A stretch of DNA of 64,000 nt from Eledone cirrhosa. Taxonomy: Eukaryota. This document shows, one piece after another, positions 54,847 through 64,000 of this stretch (the stretch's first letter is position 1; each line of letters begins with the position of its first letter). The stretch spans positions 375,658,001-375,722,000 of the forward strand of contig OZ024743.1 of assembly GCA_964016885.1 (NCBI GenBank), written 5' to 3'. A program made the position numbers and the translations under genes. The notes beneath the pieces were generated by a model. The model did not search any database and had not been told where the DNA came from. It was given only the letters and a program-made list of their open reading frames with translations.

Positions 54847-55172
54847 TATATAAGAACAAAAGATAGTTAAAAGAGTTCCATGTATTTTATTATGCGCATT
54901 TCAAAAACAAATATCATCATGCAATAACATTTGTGTTTTCATCAGATAAAATAGGAAGACATGATATGAAGGTTAAAATCAGTTGTGGATAGTTCAGTTT
55001 TTGATATGTTGATTTAAAACTGCACTATTCACAAGTGTTTTTTTAAACTTCATATCATGTCTTCCTATTTTATCTGATGAAAACACAAATATTATTGCAT
55101 GATGATATTTGTTTTTGAAATGCGCATAATAAAATACATGGAACTCTTTTAACCATCTTTTGTTCTTATATA
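54847..55172. mobile_element. Fold-back element with hammerhead motifs
   Basis: Arms 54847-54971 and 55048-55172; tattttat-CTGATGA-long stem II-GAAA-TGCGCA-TA-ataaaata at 55066-55136. Confidence 0.82.
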
Positions 55173-55231
55173 TGTATATATGTATATATATATATATGTA
55201 TATATATATATGTATATATATATATGTATAT

Positions 55232-55309
<78 letters not shown>

Positions 55310-55316
55310 GTATAAT

Positions 55317-55770
55317 ATGATATTAAATAAATGGAAACTATATTTATAAAACCATATTTATTTCGTTATATATATTTCAGGGATATCATATTAACAATAT
55401 GTTATGCCTTCTTCAGACAAAATACAATATAAACAGTCTTATAAATAAATATATACGACATACCTTTCAATCACCTTGCATTTGGGAGGTTGATTTGCCA
55501 AATCAACCTCCCAAATGCAAGGTGATTGAAAGGTATGTCGTATATATTTATTTATAAGACTGTTTATATTGTATTTTGTCTGAAGAAGGCATAACATATT
55601 GTTAATATGATATCCCTGAAATATATATAACGAAATAAATATGGTTTTATAAATATAGTTTCCATTTATTTAATATCATAAATATACTCCAAATACTTGT
55701 TGAGTGCTTTTATATCAGTTATAAATATTTACTCGTTGTTAACCCAACAATTTAAATATAACTTTCCATA
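55317..55770. mobile_element. Fold-back element with hammerhead motifs (family of 20695-21119)
   Basis: Near-perfect ~180-bp arms centred at ~55498; tattttgt-CTGAAGA-AGG..CCT-GAAA-TATATATA-acgaaata at 55572-55637. Confidence 0.82.
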
Positions 55771-55794
55771 TATATATGTATATACATATATATG

Positions 55795-55825
<31 letters not shown>

Positions 55826-55861
55826 GTATATATGTATATATATGTATGTATATATGTATGA

Positions 55862-55909
<48 letters not shown>

Positions 55910-56002
55910 GTATATATATATATATGTATATATATGTATGTATATATATATATGTATATATATGTATGTATATATATATATATTTATATATATATATGTA
56001 TG

Positions 56003-56033
<31 letters not shown>

Positions 56034-56076
56034 GTATGTATGTATATATATATGTATATATATATATATGTATATA

Positions 56077-56125
<49 letters not shown>

Positions 56126-56371
56126 GTATGTCTATATATATATGTATATATATATATGTATATATATATATATGTATATATATATGTATATATATATGTA
56201 TATATATATATGTATGTATATATATATGTATATATATATATATATGTATGTATATGTATGTATATATATATGTATGTATATATATATGTATATATATATA
56301 TGTATATATATATATGTATATATATATGTATATATATATATGTATATATATATATGTATATATATATATGT

Positions 56372-56412
<41 letters not shown>

Positions 56413-56512
56413 TGTGTATATATATATGTATATATATATATGTATATATATGTATGTATATATATGTGTATATATATATATATGTGTATATATATATGTG
56501 TATATATATATG

Positions 56513-56547
<35 letters not shown>

Positions 56548-56767
56548 GTATATATATGTATGTATGTATATATATGTATGTATATGTATGTATGTATATG
56601 TATGTATGTATATGTATGTATGTATATATATATGTATATATATATATGTATATGTATATATGTATATATGTATATATTTATATATATATATGTATAAATA
56701 AATATATGTATATATATATATGTATATATATATATATGTATATGTATATGTATATATGTATATGTAT

Positions 56768-56799
<32 letters not shown>

Positions 56800-56840
56800 G
56801 TATATATATATGTATATATATATATATGTATATATGTATA

Positions 56841-56922
<82 letters not shown>

Positions 56923-56952
56923 TATATATGTATATATATGTATATATGTATA

Positions 56953-57017
<65 letters not shown>

Positions 57018-57033
57018 ATATATATATTTATAT
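55770..57033. repeat. Degenerate (TA/TATG)n array
   Basis: Read directly from the sequence. Confidence 0.95.
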
Positions 57034-57339
57034 AAAATATCTCTACATGTTCAATATCCGATATAATTAACGTACTTTATCTAAATATATTTATTAAATT
57101 TATATTTACTTTCATTCTTTTCAAAGCCTCCTATACTTACCATAACAAAGTCGTCTGCTAAATGATTGTTTCCACAACTAGCAATGGGACTACTGTATGT
57201 CTCGGTATATAAGTAACACTTATTTTGAAAAAAAATATCAATATTGGTGTTTATTACGTATTAAATAAACTAACCAATATATGCTTATTTATATAGAGCT
57301 ATATTGTACATGCCATTTGTAAAGAATACATATATCATT

Positions 57340-58062
57340 ATTGACAGTATCAGTAGAACGATAGACAAAATGCATTCGGTATGTAGTTATGGCCCTTTAC
57401 GTTCTGAGTTCAAATCCCGCCGAGGTCAGCTTTGCCTTTCATCCTTACAGGGTCGATAAAATAAAGTACCAGTCACACACTGGGGTCGTTTTAATCGACT
57501 TTCCCCTTCACTCAAAATTGTTGGCCTTGTGCCTAAATCAGAAACCATTCTTCTTATTATTATTCGGTGGATTAGCAGTCAGTAGAGCGTCGGACAACAT
57601 ACTTTACGGCATAACGTTACGGCCCTTTACGTTCTGAGTTCAAATCCTACCGAGGTCAGCTTTGACTTTCATCCTTACGGGATCGATAAAATAAAGCACC
57701 AGTAATTCACTGGGGTCGATTTAATCGACTTTCTCCTCCTCAAAATTGTTGGCCTTTTGCCTCAATTGGAAATTATTATTATTCCACAGGCGGTAACTGT
57801 CCACTTTTTCTGTCTCTCGGGACATATATGCCGAACTTGTTCGACTATTTAGTGTAGTGGGATCGTTAGGGAGTTTGACAAAAGGATTTGTGGTGTTTAG
57901 TTACTGCTCATTATATTCTGAGTTCAAATCCCGTCACAGTCAACTTTGCCTTTCATCTTTCTGAGGTCGATAAAGCAAAGTACCAGTCAAGTACTGGGTC
58001 GATATAATCGACTTTCCTCTTTTCCCAAATTTCTAGCCTTGTGCCAATGTTAGAAAGAATTA
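57340..58062 (+). mobile_element. Cluster of three SINEs
   Basis: Main SINE core repeated. Confidence 0.85.
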
Positions 58063-58862
58063 TTATACCTTTTGTGTATAAAACGCAGGCGAATAATGGT
58101 AAAAAAAAAATAATAGTGCGACTTATACACCGGATAACAAGGTGTTCTAACATCAAACCATATATATATATATATTACGGTTACTAAGGACTGGACAAAT
58201 TTTATGCACGATTTTCGAGAAATTCTATTCTACGACAAAGGATTTTAAGAGGAATGGCTGTCTGGTTAAGGAGTTCGGATCATAACCATGTGGTTTGATG
58301 TTCACCCCACAGCAGTGTACCATGGTTACGTATATTCTAATATAGCCTCGAGTTGAGCAAAGACACGTGAGTGGAATTTAGTAGACAGAAGCTTTTCAGA
58401 AGCCCATCCATCATGGCTGTTGTCAAATGACTATAACCAGTAAACGAATATAACGGAATGTTATAACAGATTTATGAATGAAACAAAATTTCAACTTCAA
58501 TGTGCGTCGTCCCGTCTGCCTGGACGTCACGCATGGATGAGTAGGACAACTTGACCATAAATGACGATAATGACCGCTAAATTATAGGACGCCCCCAACT
58601 GTGTTTTGACCGAATACAAACCAACAAGTAGAATAGGGTGTTGACACACCCTATGACAGAATTTGTGGTAGCATATAAGAATGAATCGGGAGAATATTCA
58701 ACCACTCTCAGACGAGAGTCTACATGTTAACACATATCTGAGGAGTTTCCGATTCCAGAGTTAGGTTCGATAATTAATATGTAATTAAATATGTATATGA
58801 TGCGACACTGATTCTTTGTTCCATTATATATTAATATAATATATTATATAATATATTAATAT

Positions 58863-58918
<56 letters not shown>

Positions 58919-59049
58919 GGAGTGATAGGTAGCCTTAAGCCTGAATGCTTGTAATGAAGTACACTCTACTATATGTTCCCAAACGTAATGTGTTAATGTT
59001 AAATCAAGCTTCAGATTGTGTGGGTATGTTTGTTGTGTGCGTGCGTGTG

Positions 59050-59174
<125 letters not shown>

Positions 59175-60303
59175 CTTTGAAATAAAGAACTGCGTATAGA
59201 TTAAGTAATTATTAACTAATTTATAATTAGATAAATAACATTTATCTGTATATTGGAATCAGTTAATATGATTTACACATGAAGCTTTTGAAATGTTAGT
59301 TTACATAATTTGTTTTCCTTTAACGCCATAGTATAGATTATAAGCAAATGGTAACTGCGGCAGTATAGATTAGCTATTGCATAAAATAGTACAGATCAGC
59401 TATTGTATAAAAATACGTACTTGCTTTTTTTATCTGTCAAAAATATGTTTGTCTTAGGCGTTCTTTCTTGCTTCTCAAACATATAAATGACTGCAAACTA
59501 ATTTAATGGGTAACTTTATCATAATAAGTATACCTTCAGCACATTCCAAAGAAGAATGGATAAAAGAAAATTTGCAACACATATGTGACTCTTGTAGAAT
59601 AATAATTTACTCATATGCTATTTAGTGGGTATTTTTAGAGAAGAGCTTACACATGCGAAATCAAATGTTTTTTGTAGTCTTTGTAGTCTGGAAAAGCCAT
59701 TGGTCTTAATACATCCTATCAAATTACTTCATTGCTCCACTGAAATGACTTCGTTATACACTCACGAAGGTATCTACAAAGAGACATTTAAAATAATAGA
59801 GACATGTGATAAAATATCAGTGAAAATCTATAATTTATAAATGACAAGGAACTGCGATGATTGGTGACATGATGGAGAAGACACACCTACTGAGAGGAAA
59901 AAACAAGATGCTCAGTACGCCTCTCCATTTTTGCTTGAATTTCTCACCCCTCCTCCTCTGCGATTTATAGCTCTGCCAGGTATGTATGGACCAGTAACTC
60001 CGTCAGGAGTTACTGGTCCATACATACAATAGAGCTCAGAACTCAAAGCCGACAAAACAATCGCCATTTTTGCAGTGTTTTGACTGTTTATAGCAACGAA
60101 TTGTAACAGTCTGTCGTATTTAAAATATAAGTAACATATATTGGTCATGAACAAAAGCAGCCCTTGCAATACTAAATTGGTAGGTGGCGAAGAAATCGGG
60201 TGTGTTAAGACCTAGGGAGGGGATGGGCTTCGCCAGGTCTTAAATGCCCATGATACACCGAATGACATTACGGCTACCCTACGACACCATATATATATAT
60301 ACA

Positions 60304-60337
<34 letters not shown>

Positions 60338-60826
60338 CTTAATGGGGTCTTTAGCAGCCTACCAATTTAACCATCTGTTGCAGGGTAAGTTTTGAACTGA
60401 ATCGTTAGACGATGGTTCCACATTGTGGTAAACTTTCTTTCTCTCCTTGTACTGAATTCAGCCGTCTTGCTGCAGTTACACTGACCTTAGTTTTAAACAA
60501 ACATCTAGTATATTCATGTATTTTTAACAGATGAATATATTGATGAATATTAGGCGGCGAATTGGCAGAGTCGTTAGAACATAGGATAGAATGATTTGTG
60601 GCATTCGTTCTGACTCTCTGTGCTCTGAGTTCTAATCCTTTCGAGATCAACTTTGACTTTCATTCTTTCGAAGTCGATATAAAAAAAACAATACCAGACA
60701 ATACTACGATTAATTCTTCCTCTATATCACTTTCTGGATATGTGATGGGCTACGCCAGGTTTAAAATGCCAAAACAAGCCGTATGTACACTAAGGCGCCC
60801 CTACGACACGATCAGAATGTATATAA

Positions 60827-61014
60827 CATTGAAAAGCAGACCAAAGAATGTTAATTATATTATATTTTACTTAACGCACGTTTCTCCACATCTTAAGCTG
60901 ACATATAATCAATTATTAGTTAATAATTGATTATATGTTAGCTTAAGATGTAAAAGAGACGTGCGTTAATTAAAATATAATATAATCAAGTCTTTGGTCT
61001 TTTTTTTTCAATGT
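60827..61014. repeat. Diverged fold-back element
   Basis: acattgaaaa..gaccaaaga..ttaacgcacgtttct..catcttaagctgacatataatcaattatta and its mirror; decayed hammerhead-like CTTAAGA..GAAAC. Confidence 0.7.
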
Positions 61015-61453
61015 AATATTTGCTCTATGTGTTTACTTAAACTTCTAAAATAAGATTTCATACAAATAGAATTGTATGTAGCTTTCTGAGTAGTTTACCG
61101 TAATAAATCTCATATTTTGAGCTGTATGTATATATGTATATATGTATGTACGTATGTATGTATGTATGTATGTATGTATGTATGTATGTATGTATGTGTG
61201 TGTGTATGTGTATGTACATATATATATATACAGCAATCAAGGCGTGGAAGAATCATTTTAACCATATGAAAACACACAAAGACCATTAACTAAACTTCAT
61301 ATTTGTAGCTTATTTTTTTGGTGTCAAAATTTTCATCGTATTCTCTGAGGCCCGCGCGCAAAGTTACGCGCGCGCCCGCATGCACACACACACACACACA
61401 TACATGCATACATACACACACACATACATGCATACACATACACACACATACAT

Positions 61454-61517
<64 letters not shown>

Positions 61518-61519
61518 GG

Positions 61520-61850
61520 GTGAAGGCGCATGGCTTTGTGGTTTGAGGGTCGGGCTTACAATCGTGAAGTTGTGATTTCGATTCCGGACTGGGCTGTGCG
61601 CTATGTCCTTGAGCAAGACACTTTATTTCACGTTGCTCCAGTTTACTCAGCTGTAGAAATAAGTTGCGACGTCAATGGTGCCAAGTTGTATCGACCATTG
61701 CCTTTCACTTGGACAACATCGGTGGTGTGGAGAGGGGATAGTGGTATGTATGGGTGACTGCTGGTCTTCCATAAACAACCTTGTCGGATTTGTGCCTTGA
61801 AGGGGAACTTTCTAGGTGCAAATTCCATGGTCACTCGTGACCGAAGAGTG
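61520..61850 (+). mobile_element. Second tRNA-derived SINE family
   Basis: tRNA-like head, then GTCCTTGAGCAAGACACTTTATTTCACGTTGCTCCAGT. Related pieces at 26870-26970, 27370-27495 (-) and 36985-37060. Confidence 0.7.
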
Positions 61851-61860
61851 TCTTTTCCCC

Positions 61861-61975
<115 letters not shown>

Positions 61976-63279
61976 GTGTGTGTGTGTATGTATGTGTGTA
62001 TATGTATGTATTAAATTTTACACTAAGCAGCTATACTCTAAATTCATATCTGTACCGAAGAAACGCTACAGGTTTTAACATATTTTATTTACATATAGAA
62101 CACTTCTATTCATTGTCATATGTAAATGATATACCGAATAAAAGATGTTATACGCATGTTCACACACATCTCACATACAACAGATCTGTATAGAAATTTC
62201 TTTTCTTTATTCTCATATTAGATCTATCTAGAATTAACTTGCAAATAAGTTATATTACTACAATATCTTAGTTCCTGGTCTGCTACTGTTGGTGTTGTTG
62301 TTATTGTTGTTGCTTTTGCGTTTATTTTTATATTATTGCTGGTTTCGTTGTTCATAATGTTTTCTTTCATTTTAAAAATATTTCTTCGTTTAAGATCGAT
62401 TTGTTTTTGTTGGATTAGTTTGTGGTGTTTTTTTTTTGTTTTTTTTTTTAGGAGGACTCACAATACATTTGAAGTATATTATAAAATGGATATCACTTGC
62501 AATTAATATATATATATATAATATGCGCCATAATTAGCTTACAGGCTTACAGTTAAGAAATGTGAATAAAAGTAGAAAACACAGTGATATTAAACTTTAT
62601 TCCAAAAGTAATACAATAGGCAGTTCATGTAAGTTTATATACCTACATTGAATGTTCGAAATACTGCTTGTTTGTATTAATGTAAGCATGCCATTGTCGT
62701 AAGCTAATTATGGCCGACATGTTGAGTTTGTCGCAGATGAATAAAAGATTTAAAAGATACGACTGAAGAGGTAGCCGTAGAGATGGAAGTAAAGGAAAAA
62801 AACATGGAACATATTTTTCTTTTTTGCTGAGGTGGAGTTATGGGAGTCTTGCTTATCATCATAAAAATACACAAGCAAGATAATGCTCTTCAAAATTGTT
62901 GTATCTCCTCCATATATTATGGTGGACGAGGTGAGATTGCTCCTAGTAAACCACATCATATGTTGCTACGGGCTTACGCTTGTTGTCGTTCATCGTTTCT
63001 TTATCGAAGCAAAGAGAGTAGACGCTCACCAATTATTTTGCTCTAGTATGCCAAATAGCGAAACAAGAATAACAACAAAAAGAACAAGATCAAGAACGAA
63101 CGAAGAACAACAGCAACAACAACAAAAGAACAACAAAGAAACACTATATATATATAATTAAAAGAGTAAAACAAGGCAAAGAAAGAAAAAACAAAGAACT
63201 TTTGCAGTTTATATATACATACACATATATATATATACATATACATATATATATACATATATGTTTATATATATGTATG

Positions 63280-63344
<65 letters not shown>

Positions 63345-63411
63345 TCATTTATTTATTTATATATATATATGTTTGTGTGTGTATGTATGTATATATATAT
63401 ATACATATATA

Positions 63412-63511
<100 letters not shown>

Positions 63512-63585
63512 AATATATACATATACACATATATATACATATATATATATATATGCACACATATATATATATATGTATGTATATG

Positions 63586-63637
<52 letters not shown>

Positions 63638-63847
63638 ATTTACTGAAAACTGATACTTCACGAAACATTACTCCAAGTTTTCCTGTTTCCGGTTTTTGAA
63701 GAAACATGCCAATGGTATATAATAGACAAATAGTTGGAATGTTTTTATATTATTATAACTAATGTTGGATTGGTGTATCCATGGTTAACATGGTTAACAT
63801 GCTGAAAGGTTTAGGCAGCGGTTTCATTCTCTGGTTGATTTCTTTAG

Positions 63848-64000
63848 GGTGGCGGATTGGCAGAATTTATAGACTGTCGAATAAAATGCGATTTCGGTAT
63901 TTTTTCTGACAGTTTTACATTCTGAGTTCAAATCCCCACCGAGGTTAGCTTAGCCTTTCATCCTACTGAGGTCGATAAAATAAAGTACCAGTTAAGTACT
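63848..64000 (+). mobile_element. Main-family SINE (runs off the window)
   Basis: GAGTTCAAATCC...GCCTTTCATCC...GTCGATAAAATAAAGTACCAG. Confidence 0.85.

Noticed and set aside
52745-57070. Long Tyr/Ile/His/Met/Cys-rich ORFs (also 47365-48139 and 63202-63707)
   Set aside because: (TA)/(TATG) arrays lack stop codons, so these are artefacts.

Overview
AT-rich, microsatellite-dense eukaryotic DNA. The SINE content and (TA)n/(TACA)n load suggest an octopus-like cephalopod, which is an inference. One protein-coding gene can be rebuilt by hand on the + strand: an 8-coding-exon Cys-loop ligand-gated anion channel subunit (GlyR/GluCl-like, about 408 aa, 20065-46867). All its GT-AG junctions are phase-compatible. 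It keeps the anion-selective PAR motif but has non-canonical agonist-site residues. The rest of the window is repeats: an RTE LINE cluster nested in (TACA)n, two decayed Penelope-like elements (PLEs; RT plus GIY-YIG), an R4/Dong-type fragment, many tRNA-derived SINEs, a hAT MITE, Helitron-like elements and several minisatellites. Two signals stand out. First, many short fold-back (palindromic) elements sit in (TA)n tracts. They come from several sequence families, and most carry a minimal hammerhead-ribozyme motif with a palindromic stem III. Some of these lie inside the channel transcription unit. Second, minisatellites have amplified directly out of the splice sites around the ligand-binding exons, including about 20 copies of the exon-4 acceptor that lead to an in-frame stop. 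Most long ORFs in the supplied track are repeat artefacts.
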